34,255 bases of DNA from Candidatus Nanopelagicales bacterium (GTDB lineage: Bacteria; Actinomycetota; Actinomycetes; S36-B12): positions 1 to 34,255 of the forward strand of contig JAULZJ010000048.1 of the NCBI GenBank assembly GCA_032117435.1, given 5' to 3'. Positions 26,175 through 34,255 of this stretch are shown here, one piece after another. The notes under the pieces were generated by a model, which worked only from the letters and a program-made list of their open reading frames with translations, had not been told where the DNA came from and ran no database searches. Both the position numbers and the translations under genes were made by a program. The first letter of the stretch is position 1. Each line of letters begins with the position of its first letter.

Positions 26175-26226
26175 GGCGTCATCGATGCGCTTCTCCCATG
26201 ACGCTTCGCGTCGATAGGTAGGTCCC

Positions 26227-27297
26227 GTGTTCGACGCCTGCGTCGAGTTGGCCCTTGAGTACTCCGCGATCGAGGAGCGTCTCGCCGACCCCGCCGTCCA
26301 CGCCGACCCCGCGGAGGCGCGCCGCCTCGCGCGGCGACATGCCGAGCTTCGGCCCACCATCGAGGCCTATCGCACCTGGGTGGCCATGGGCGACGACATC
26401 GCTGCAGCACGCGAGCTCGCCGATGCCGATCCGGCATTCGCCGACGAGGCTGCCGGACTCGAGGTGCAGCGCCAGGAGATCGGCGAGCGCCTTCGCGAGC
26501 TGCTCGTGCCGCGCGATCCACTCGACGGCAAGGACGTCATCCTCGAGATCAAGGCCGGTGAGGGCGGGGAGGAGTCGGCCCTCTTCGCCGGCGACCTGCT
26601 GCGCATGTACCTCCGCTACGCCGATCAGCGGGGCTGGAGTGCCGAGGTCCTCGAGGCGGAGGAGTCCGATCTCGGCGGCTACCGAGATGTCGCCGTAGCC
26701 GTGAAGGCTCGCGGCGTCCCCGAGCCGGGTGAGGCGCCGTACGCCCGCTTGAAGTTCGAGGGTGGTGTCCATCGCGTGCAGCGTGTCCCCGTGACGGAGT
26801 CGCAGGGGCGCATCCACACCTCCGCTGCGGGCGTCCTCGTGCTCCCCGAGGCCGAGGAGGTCGATGTCACCATCGATCCCAACGACCTGCGCATCGACGT
26901 CTTCCGGTCGTCCGGCCCCGGCGGCCAGAGCGTCAATACGACCGACTCGGCCGTACGCATCACGCACCTGCCCACGGGCACCGTGGTGTCGTGCCAGAAC
27001 GAGAAGAGCCAACTGCAGAATCGCGAGCAGGCCCTGCGCATCCTGCGCGCAAGGCTGCTGGCCATCGCCCAGGAGCAGGCCGAGCAGGAGGCTTCCGACT
27101 CCCGGCGTGCCCAGGTGCGCACGGTCGATCGCAGTGAGCGCATCCGCACCTACAACTTCCCGGAGAATCGCGTGAGCGATCATCGCTCCGGCTACAAGGC
27201 CTACAACCTCGACCAGGTGCTGAGTGGCGAGCTCGACGCGGTCATCCAGTCCTGCATAGATTCATCAGCCGACGCGGCGCTGGCGGAGGGGGCGTGA
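26227..27297 (+). CDS. prfA: Peptide chain release factor 1
   Basis: GGQ motif [12 protein letters not shown] and the RF1-type tripeptide region RVPVTES (PVT). Confidence 0.95.
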   Translation: MFDACVELALEYSAIEERLADPAVHADPAEARRLARRHAELRPTIEAYRTWVAMGDDIAAARELADADPAFADEAAGLEVQRQEIGERLRELLVPRDPLDGKDVILEIKAGEGGEESALFAGDLLRMYLRYADQRGWSAEVLEAEESDLGGYRDVAVAVKARGVPEPGEAPYARLKFEGGVHRVQRVPVTESQGRIHTSAAGVLVLPEAEEVDVTIDPNDLRIDVFRSSGPGGQSVNTTDSAVRITHLPTGTVVSCQNEKSQLQNREQALRILRARLLAIAQEQAEQEASDSRRAQVRTVDRSERIRTYNFPENRVSDHRSGYKAYNLDQVLSGELDAVIQSCIDSSADAALAEGA

Positions 27298-28250
27298 GTC
27301 ACTCCGGGCAAGGCCCGTCTCCCCGCGTAGTGGAGGGATGGGTGTCCCTCCGCGATGCGATCGCCGATGGGCAGCGACGTCTCGCCGCTGCGGGTGTGCC
27401 CTCGCCGGACACCGATGCCATGCTCCTGGCTGCCCACGTCAAGGGCGTGCCGCGCGGCCGCCTCCTGCTACACGACCGCATGGACTCCACCGAGCGCACC
27501 GCTTATGAGCGCCTGCTCACCAAGCGCATGGCGCGGATTCCGCTCCAGCACCTCGTCGGTTCCGCTGCCTTCCGCAATCTTGAGTTGGCCGTCGGCCCGG
27601 GGGTCTTCATCCCGCGGCCCGAGACTGAGTTGGTCGCACAGGCGGGGATCGACGCACTGCGCGCACTCCCGGCGGGGGAGCGCCGCGCGGTCGACCTGTG
27701 CACGGGGTCGGGAGCGGTGGCCTTCGCCCTGGCGACCGAGGCCGCCCCCGCGCATGTCACCGCCGTCGAGGTCGACGATGCGGCCTTCGTCTGGACGCGG
27801 CGTAACGCCGATGCGCTCCTCGAGGAGGTGACAGCAGCCGGCAGTCGGGTCGATATCGTGCAGGCCGATGCGCGCACGTGCGCGGCTGACGGCGGACCGC
27901 TCGCATCCCTGCGCGCGAGTGTCGCGGTCGTCACGATGAATCCGCCCTACGTCCCCAGCAGCGCGAGCGTGCGCGATCCCGAAGTGCGCGACCACGATCC
28001 GGCGCTTGCGCTCTACGGCGGTTCCGATGGCCTCGAGGTGATCCGCGGTGCGCTCGGCACGGCAGCACTACTCCTTCAGCCGGGTGGTCTCCTCGTCATC
28101 GAGCATTCCGACGAGCAGGGCGACGAGGCAGAGGAAGGCGTGCCCGCACTCCTCGCCGCCGACGGGCGCTGGCGCGATGTCGCCGACCACCGCGACCTCG
28201 CCCGCAAGCCGCGCTTCACCACTGCCACGCGGGCCATGGACGCGGTGTGA
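27294..28250 (+). CDS. prmC: Release-factor glutamine N5-methyltransferase
   Basis: GTGA overlap with prfA. SAM-binding segment DLCTGSGAV and catalytic motif NPPY (VTMNPPYVP). Confidence 0.88.
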   Translation: MSHSGQGPSPRVVEGWVSLRDAIADGQRRLAAAGVPSPDTDAMLLAAHVKGVPRGRLLLHDRMDSTERTAYERLLTKRMARIPLQHLVGSAAFRNLELAVGPGVFIPRPETELVAQAGIDALRALPAGERRAVDLCTGSGAVAFALATEAAPAHVTAVEVDDAAFVWTRRNADALLEEVTAAGSRVDIVQADARTCAADGGPLASLRASVAVVTMNPPYVPSSASVRDPEVRDHDPALALYGGSDGLEVIRGALGTAALLLQPGGLLVIEHSDEQGDEAEEGVPALLAADGRWRDVADHRDLARKPRFTTATRAMDAV

Positions 28251-28897
28251 GCCTGGTCATCGATGTCGGCGACCGCCCGGGACCCGGGCGGGAGCGCGGC
28301 ATCTCCGCAGCGGCTGCTGCCATCAAGCGCGGTGACCTCGTCGTGCTGCCGACCGAGTCCGTCTATGGCCTGGCGGCCGATCCCTTTTCACCCAGGGCGA
28401 TGCGCGCACTGCGCGAGGCCAAGGGTCGCGGCGACGACCTGCCGGTCGGCGTCCTGGTCGGAGCGGTGCGCACCGTAGATGGCCTGGCCAGCGGCATCAC
28501 CGCTGATGGCCGCGCGCTCATCGAAGCATTCTGGCCCGGCCCACTCACTCTCGTCGTGCGAGAGCAGCCGACCCTGGCGTGGGACAACCCGGACGGTCAT
28601 GTGTCGCTGCGCATGCCCCTGCATCCGGTGACGCTCTCAGTGCTCGCTGCCACGGGTCCGCTCGCGGTGACATCGGCCCAGCGTGCCGGGAGCGTTCCGC
28701 CGCGCACCTGCGCCGATGCCGAGGCGCAGCTCGGGGATGGGATCGCGCTGTATCTCGATGCGGGACCCACGACCGACGACGTGCCCAGCAGCATCGTCGA
28801 CCTCACCGTGGAGCCGCCGCTGCTGCTGCGGGAGGGTGCCTACTCCCTCGACGCGCTGGTGGGGATCTGCCCCGACCTGGTGCTGCCCGAGGCGTAG
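28247..28897 (+). CDS. tsaC: L-threonylcarbamoyladenylate synthase (YrdC/Sua5/TsaC family, single domain)
   Basis: 4-nt overlap with prmC. YrdC-like motif VVLPTESVYGLAADPF and a size of ~216 aa. The position after prfA-prmC is conserved in actinobacteria. Confidence 0.85.
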   Translation: MSLVIDVGDRPGPGRERGISAAAAAIKRGDLVVLPTESVYGLAADPFSPRAMRALREAKGRGDDLPVGVLVGAVRTVDGLASGITADGRALIEAFWPGPLTLVVREQPTLAWDNPDGHVSLRMPLHPVTLSVLAATGPLAVTSAQRAGSVPPRTCADAEAQLGDGIALYLDAGPTTDDVPSSIVDLTVEPPLLLREGAYSLDALVGICPDLVLPEA

Positions 28898-28981
28898 ACC
28901 TGCGGAATCCCGCAGATCCGGTCGAGACGAGGGGCCGGCGTGGAGGAAGGTAGGCCCGCTCACCCACTCGAGGAGGCCGAT

Positions 28982-31900
28982 GTGGCGACCCGCCGCCGTA
29001 CCACCGTCCCTGTGCTCAGTGCCGTCGCACTGGTTGCCCTATCGATGGTGCCGGTGTCCGCGCAGGCTGTGGCCAAGCCTGCGGAGGTGTACGCGCCGAC
29101 CGTGGCCTCGCGGACTGTTCTCGAGCCGAGTGCGGTCGCTGCACCGGCGCCAAGGGCGAAGCCCGTGAACTTCGTCGCGCGTGCACCCAAGAAGGTGAAG
29201 TCATCTGAGGTCTTCGCTGTCAAGGCTACGTTGCCCCGCACGTACGCGAATCTGTCCGCGGTCGGTGAAGTGCTCGTGGGCAGGAAGTGGATTCCCCAGC
29301 GCACGGCGCGAGTCGCTGGTTCGGGTCGGGTATCGGTGACCATGCAGCTGAGCGAGCCGGGGTCGCACAAGATTCGCTTGAGGATTCCCGGCAAGAAGGC
29401 GGCTCAGTCTCAGGTTCTCGCCATTCGCTCCACGGGGAAGAAGCCCGCGGATGCCTCGCCGCTCCGCATGCTCTCCCACTGGATGGCGGGTGGGAGCGCC
29501 CCCCGGTCGGCTCGCTCGGATGGCGCTGAGCCTTCTGCTGCTAGCGAGGTCGCGGCTGCGACTACCGAGCAGGCCCTGTCCTTCGGCACGATCTTCGAGA
29601 AGACCGCGGAGGTCGCCGGCGAAGAGGTCATCGGCTTCGGCGTCGAGCAGCTCCTGGAACTCATCTTCCCTGGCACGGCTCGAGCGACGGAACAGCAGAT
29701 CGAGGCGCTGCAGGAAGAGGTCCAGCAGGGCTTCGAAAACGTCTACAACGACCTCAATGAGATCCAGTCGACGCTCACCACGGTGCAGCAGCAGAATTCG
29801 CAGGTCTTCAGCGAGGCATCACTCGCAGCCTGCAAGTCGTCGCTGGACAGCGCCCAAGAAGACGTCAAGGCTATCCAGACCGCCTACGCCAACTACCAGA
29901 ATGCGCTGACACCGACCTGGGGCCAGGCGAACCTGAACTACGCTGCCGGGACGGCCAATGCGAGGGTCATCGGCAACTATGTCTTCGGGACAGGAAGCGG
30001 CACACCGTCCTTCGCGCCGGGAGTGAATGCCCTCCAGGTGCAGGTCGCCAACCTAGCTGGCGCCTTCAACGTCAATAACGCGGGAAATGCGCTCAGCACC
30101 TGCGCCGACGCCGTCGCCGCCTACGTCATCCAGAGCCAGGCCCCGGCGAGCAGCAACACCGCACCACCCCAGGTCGCGGTGGGCTCACTGGACACGGCAT
30201 ACGCGGAGCAGATGCAGAGCATCGTGGCCTACTACACGTCGTATATCAGCGTGGGTGCTGGACTTGTCGGCATCGGCGACGTGCTGGCTGCTGCCACATT
30301 GGTCAGCCCGAACCTGCAGTCGCAGGCGCAGTTCCTGCAGGCGTGCAACACCCTGTCGGTGTTCTCGTGCCAGCAGACCCAGCAGTCACTCAACTCTGCG
30401 AACGCCGCCGTGGCGGCTACCTGGCAGGCCACGGGTGCGTCGTGGACCCAGGTGACCAATGGCACCCTGGCCGCGGATGTGTACGCCACCAATGCCGACA
30501 CGGTCTTCTCGAAGGCGAATGGCCAGAACGCCTGGGTGGTGGACCTCGCGAGCTACCGGGACGGCTACTTCGGCCAGGGTTCGGTCGGCTCACCGCTCAG
30601 CTCCACGAATGTCGATACCAACAGCCCCGTGTCCGGGGTGTCGGGCTTCGCGCCCGGCAACAGCACATGGGCTCCGCTCACCTTCGAGCCGGCCTCGAGC
30701 GAGGACTGGAACAATCTCCTCGCCATCTCCGGCGCGTTCAATGCCTACCCCGGAGCACAGGGGACGATCCCGGTGCAGTGCGCGGTCGGCTCAAGCAACT
30801 CCCTGACCAGCTGCCAGAGCCCGACGCAGACCGGCACCCTCATGGGCAACGCCGGCCTCGGCAACGGCGGGCAGCCGGTGAGCGCACAGGACGATCTCAT
30901 CGTCTATACGGGCGAGAACTACGAGTGGAGCCCGCAGTCTTCTGGCATGACGTCGGGCCTGTCGTTCTCCGTCCCCTGGCCCAGCTTCTTGCAGACCCCC
31001 AATCTCACCGTGGCGTCCTTCCTCGACACCGGGCTCTGGCCCAACATCGGCGCGTCGGTCGTCGTCAACGATCCCGACTCCGTGGGTCCGGCCAACCCCT
31101 CCGGCGCGGTGCAGAACCTCACCGTGAGCAGCGTCTATCCGTTCGCCACGGAGGTGACGTCTGTCGATGGCGACTCGAAGGCCGAGGCCGCGTGGTTCAC
31201 GACCCTGCAGAACTGGAGCGGTGGCTACAACTACGTGATGGTGCCCTGCTCGACGTGGTCGCAGTCGGACTACGCGCTCAACGGCGGTTCGTGGACCCTC
31301 ATGAACTGGATCGCCGGTCAGGGATCCAACGGCGCCGCGACGACGTACGGCAGCGGCTGCGGAGCCACGTCCTACTACCCCAAGGGAGGCGCCAGCAATA
31401 CGTCGCAGCAGTACAACCTGACCTCGACGCAATTGCCCGCCTTCTACGAGGAACCGACGTTCTACGCGGCTTACATGGCCAACGGACTGGCTGGACCGTG
31501 CACGGCGAGCATTCAGAACTGCCCCACCGGCCCCTACGGGCCTCAATACGGCAGCGTCCCGGGCTTCACCCTGCAAGTGGGGAGTACGAACGTCTCGCCG
31601 CCGGCCCAGGAGCAGTATTTGTGGCCTCTCCTGCCGCTGGACACCCCCGAGTCCTGCGCCAGCGCCGGAGGACCGACTGACTTCACGCAGGGCACCACGA
31701 ATATCTACTTTCCCCAGGTGTGCCAGCAGCTCTTCAACGAGTGGCTCAGCGTGGACGTCGGCCAGACAGTGGGCAGCGTGAGTGCTTTCGCCCAGCCCAA
31801 TACCGGCATGGCCGCGGGCAATGCCGCGCAGATCCAATTCCTCAATTCTGGGAGCACCGCTGCCTCCATGACGGCGGTCTTCGCGGTCGACGGCGGTGCC

Positions 31901-33319
31901 ACACCGAGCGCAGCGCCCACGAGCGTCACGCCCGGTGCCGTCTCGTCCTGCACGAGTGGGTCGGTCGACGGCCAGACGACGTACCTGTGCACCCTCACGC
32001 TGCCTGCTGGCCTCACGACGGTGAGCCTTCCCGTCACCTTCTCCAGTGCGTCGTCAACGGGCACGCTCTTCGTCGGTGCGGAGAACGCCCTCGCCGGCAA
32101 TTACACCGGCCTCACCACTCCCATCGATCAGAGCCCCATCTCCGGCCTCGTGCCGGCCGGGGTGACCGACCTCGCTGCGACGTTCAACACCTCCGGAGCG
32201 GGCGGCTCGGGCACGGGTGGCCCGGTGACTCTCTCCTGGACGGTGCCGTCCTCGCCGACACCCATCACCGGCTACCAGGTCACGGCGATTGGACCGGGGG
32301 GCACGACGACGACGACAGCGCCCGCCGGGAGCGTCGCCGCGGGAGGCACGACCTCCTACCAGTTCACCCTGCCCCAGGCCGGCTACTGGACGTTCACCGT
32401 GGCCGCGAGCAACTCCGTCGGCACGGGCCCAGCGGACACCATCAGCATCACGATCGGCAATGTCCCACCACCCCCGCCCCGCAACCTCCGCGGCACCGAA
32501 CTCCTCGGTGGCGAGGTGGCGCTGCGGTGGCAGCCCATCGTGGTCGCACCGCCCGTGAACTACTACACCGTGGCCTGGTGGTACGGCGATGACACTGCGC
32601 CGCCCACAGGGCTTCCGGTGATCGCGGGCGGTCAGGGTCTGGCCACCGTCGGTTCCGGCACGTCATTGGTCGGGATCGCCACTACTCAGGAGCCTGCCTT
32701 CATCGTGCCCGGTCTGGACGCGACCGGCGTGTGGACCTTCCAGGTCACTGCCACGAACGCTGTCGGCACGTCGATGCCACCGACGCTGACGACCGTGAAT
32801 ATGCAGGGCTTCCGGCCGTCGCAGGTACTGGCCCTGACACCCGACATCGGGGCGACCGGCCGCGTGGGTGCGTCGTGGATCCCGGGCGTCGTGGGTGTGC
32901 CTTCACCGACGTCCTACACGGTGGGCCTCTACGCGCCCGCCACGTGTACGACGGACGACTCGTGCACGGCTCCCGCACTGACGAGCCTGACGCTGCCTGC
33001 TCCATCGGCCCGCGGGCCGATTCGTGTGGCGGACTTCTTCCAGCTCGGCAGGAACTCCGCGGCGGGCGCTTACACGATCACCGTGACGGCAGCCAATGTC
33101 TACGGCAATAGCGCCACAGCGCGGGGAACCGTCTACCTCACCAGGGACTTCATCTCGACCCTGACGGGATCTGAGCAGACTACGAAGGACGCCCAGGATG
33201 TTCCCCCGACCCTGGCGAAGCTGGATGCCCAGGAATGCGCCGAGGGCAACATCTCAGGGTCGACACCCTGGGGAACGTGCACCAACCAGGTCTGGACACC
33301 GAAGAAGGGCACGGGCTAG
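28982..33319 (+). CDS. Orphan 1445-aa secreted multidomain protein: signal peptide, Ig-like module, helical Q/A/N-rich region, Cys-paired beta-rich region, three FN3 modules and a short Cys-containing tail
   Basis: GTG 28982 lies 5 nt after AGGAGG (28971-28976). The signal peptide is (M)ATRRRTTVPVLSAVALVALSMVPVSAQA/VAKP. There are 18 Cys, all in the mature part. No LPXTG motif and no C-terminal TM segment are present. I recognise no catalytic motif. Confidence 0.8.
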   Translation: MATRRRTTVPVLSAVALVALSMVPVSAQAVAKPAEVYAPTVASRTVLEPSAVAAPAPRAKPVNFVARAPKKVKSSEVFAVKATLPRTYANLSAVGEVLVGRKWIPQRTARVAGSGRVSVTMQLSEPGSHKIRLRIPGKKAAQSQVLAIRSTGKKPADASPLRMLSHWMAGGSAPRSARSDGAEPSAASEVAAATTEQALSFGTIFEKTAEVAGEEVIGFGVEQLLELIFPGTARATEQQIEALQEEVQQGFENVYNDLNEIQSTLTTVQQQNSQVFSEASLAACKSSLDSAQEDVKAIQTAYANYQNALTPTWGQANLNYAAGTANARVIGNYVFGTGSGTPSFAPGVNALQVQVANLAGAFNVNNAGNALSTCADAVAAYVIQSQAPASSNTAPPQVAVGSLDTAYAEQMQSIVAYYTSYISVGAGLVGIGDVLAAATLVSPNLQSQAQFLQACNTLSVFSCQQTQQSLNSANAAVAATWQATGASWTQVTNGTLAADVYATNADTVFSKANGQNAWVVDLASYRDGYFGQGSVGSPLSSTNVDTNSPVSGVSGFAPGNSTWAPLTFEPASSEDWNNLLAISGAFNAYPGAQGTIPVQCAVGSSNSLTSCQSPTQTGTLMGNAGLGNGGQPVSAQDDLIVYTGENYEWSPQSSGMTSGLSFSVPWPSFLQTPNLTVASFLDTGLWPNIGASVVVNDPDSVGPANPSGAVQNLTVSSVYPFATEVTSVDGDSKAEAAWFTTLQNWSGGYNYVMVPCSTWSQSDYALNGGSWTLMNWIAGQGSNGAATTYGSGCGATSYYPKGGASNTSQQYNLTSTQLPAFYEEPTFYAAYMANGLAGPCTASIQNCPTGPYGPQYGSVPGFTLQVGSTNVSPPAQEQYLWPLLPLDTPESCASAGGPTDFTQGTTNIYFPQVCQQLFNEWLSVDVGQTVGSVSAFAQPNTGMAAGNAAQIQFLNSGSTAASMTAVFAVDGGATPSAAPTSVTPGAVSSCTSGSVDGQTTYLCTLTLPAGLTTVSLPVTFSSASSTGTLFVGAENALAGNYTGLTTPIDQSPISGLVPAGVTDLAATFNTSGAGGSGTGGPVTLSWTVPSSPTPITGYQVTAIGPGGTTTTTAPAGSVAAGGTTSYQFTLPQAGYWTFTVAASNSVGTGPADTISITIGNVPPPPPRNLRGTELLGGEVALRWQPIVVAPPVNYYTVAWWYGDDTAPPTGLPVIAGGQGLATVGSGTSLVGIATTQEPAFIVPGLDATGVWTFQVTATNAVGTSMPPTLTTVNMQGFRPSQVLALTPDIGATGRVGASWIPGVVGVPSPTSYTVGLYAPATCTTDDSCTAPALTSLTLPAPSARGPIRVADFFQLGRNSAAGAYTITVTAANVYGNSATARGTVYLTRDFISTLTGSEQTTKDAQDVPPTLAKLDAQECAEGNISGSTPWGTCTNQVWTPKKGTG
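32141..33145 (+). other. Three tandem fibronectin type III-like modules within the large secreted protein
   Basis: Module 1 (32141-32458) reads PVTLSWTVP..ITGYQVTA...YWTFTVAASNSVGTG. Module 2 (32465-32803) reads PRNLRG..VALRWQP..YYTVAWW...VWTFQVTATNAVGTS. Module 3 (32810-33145) reads VGASWIPG..SYTVGLY...AYTITVTAANVYGNS. Boundaries are approximate. Confidence 0.65.
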
Positions 33320-33409
33320 CCGCGTTCCGACACGTCGGCGGGCGCTCGGCGCCATGCCACGTACACTCGCCCCGACGGTGGGAATCCGCCGTAGTGAGGG
33401 GAGTGCGCC

Positions 33410-34255
33410 GTGAGCGAGACATTCTGGGGCCCGGACTTCGGGCAGCTGCAGTCTGAGGATCCTGAGATCGCGGGCATCCTCCTGTCGGAGCTCGATCGCG
33501 CCCGCGGCGGTCTCCAGCTCATCGCGAGCGAGAACTTCACCTCGCCCGCCGTGCTCGCCGCTCTCGGCTCGACGCTGAGCAACAAGTACGCCGAGGGCTA
33601 CCCAGGCAAGCGCTACTACGGCGGCTGCTCGGAGGTCGACAAGGCGGAGATCATCGGCATCGAGCGAGCCAAGGAGCTCTTCGGTGCCGAGCACGCCAAC
33701 CTCCAGCCGCACAGTGGCGCGAGTGCCAACATCGCGGCGTACGGCGCCTTCGTCAAGCCCGGCGAGACCGTCCTCGCCATGAGCCTGCCTCACGGCGGTC
33801 ACCTCACCCACGGCTCCAAGGTCAACTTCTCCGGCAAGTGGTTCGAGGTCGTCTCCTACGGCGTGCGCGAGGACACCGAGACCATCGACTACGACGAGGT
33901 CCGCTCCATCGCCTTGGAGCACAAGCCGCGGATGATCATCGCCGGCGCCACGGCGTACCCGCGCCTCATCGACTTCGCCGCCTTCCGCGCGATCGCCGAC
34001 GAGGTGGGCGCCATCCTCATGGTCGACGCCGCGCACTTCATCGGCCTCGTGGCCGGCAAGGCGATCCCCAGCCCTGTGCCCTATGCCGACGTGGTCACCT
34101 TCACGACGCACAAGGTGCTGCGCGGCCCGCGCGGCGGCATGATCCTGTGCAAGGCCGAGCACGCGGCGGCAATCGACAAGGGCGTCTTCCCGATGATGCA
34201 GGGCGGCCCGCTCATGCACGCGGTCGCGGCCAAGGCCGTGGCGCTCAAGGAGGCG
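33410..34255 (+). CDS. glyA: Serine hydroxymethyltransferase (3' end beyond the window)
   Basis: GTG 33410 is preceded by GAGGGGAG. The sequence includes [36 protein letters not shown] and the PLP-Lys motif [13 protein letters not shown]. The frame stays open to the window end. It is absent from the ORF track because there is no stop codon. Confidence 0.93.
   Translation, partial: MSETFWGPDFGQLQSEDPEIAGILLSELDRARGGLQLIASENFTSPAVLAALGSTLSNKYAEGYPGKRYYGGCSEVDKAEIIGIERAKELFGAEHANLQPHSGASANIAAYGAFVKPGETVLAMSLPHGGHLTHGSKVNFSGKWFEVVSYGVREDTETIDYDEVRSIALEHKPRMIIAGATAYPRLIDFAAFRAIADEVGAILMVDAAHFIGLVAGKAIPSPVPYADVVTFTTHKVLRGPRGGMILCKAEHAAAIDKGVFPMMQGGPLMHAVAAKAVALKEA

Noticed and set aside
26175-26226. 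Hairpin GCGTCAT-15 nt-ATGACGC between rpmE and prfA as a terminator or attenuator
   Set aside because: The stem is only 7 bp, the loop is large, there is no U-tract, and alternative pairings exist. That is not enough to call a feature.
24208-27183. Minus-strand ORFs of 504 aa (24208-25722) and 334 aa (26179-27183) antisense to rho and prfA
   Set aside because: The reasoning is the same. The sense strand encodes Rho (Walker A) and RF1 (GGQ), and the antisense products have no domain signatures.
30343-31837. 445-aa plus-strand out-of-frame ORF and 348-aa minus-strand ORF inside the large secreted-protein gene
   Set aside because: Both are Arg/Gly/His-rich frames nested within the long ORF that has the signal peptide and FN3 modules. 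Neither has an independent start context.
33254-34219. 321-aa minus-strand ORF antisense to glyA
   Set aside because: The plus frame encodes an unmistakable serine hydroxymethyltransferase, so the antisense ORF is a GC artefact.

Overview
Very GC-rich actinobacterial chromosomal window with Micrococcales-like gene content. The six-frame track is full of long antisense and out-of-frame ORFs that I treat as GC artefacts. From about 16.3 kb onward the window holds the conserved actinobacterial housekeeping run argS, lysA, hom-thrC-thrB, rho, rpmE, prfA-prmC-tsaC, then glyA, which runs off the 3' end. That run is interrupted between tsaC and glyA by a 4.3-kb gene for an orphan 1445-aa secreted protein. 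It has a signal peptide, an Ig-like module, a Q/A/N-rich helical region of about 300 aa, a W/Y/N/S/G-rich cysteine-paired region of about 560 aa, and three FN3 modules. This is my best candidate for something undescribed. The left part contains a partial Ala-rich membrane protein with a histone-H1-like tail, a small secreted protein and a PAC2-family protein. It also contains a Micrococcus-type three-gene long-chain olefin cluster (oleA, fused oleBC, oleD). After oleD there is a 385-bp non-coding gap whose minus strand looks like a structured stand-alone RNA, with four GNRA-capped hairpins, repeated CGGAGG motifs and its own terminator. Next come a translationally coupled alpha/beta-hydrolase and DUF2252-like pair. 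A minus-strand string follows: tRNA-Arg(CCG), MHS-type MFS transporter, HSL-type esterase, CorA and a CPBP protease. The remaining features are a small membrane protein, two tandem GAF-ANTAR RNA-binding regulators, cspA, and a coiled-coil polytopic membrane protein convergent with argS. I saw no transposase, integrase, CRISPR array or rRNA.
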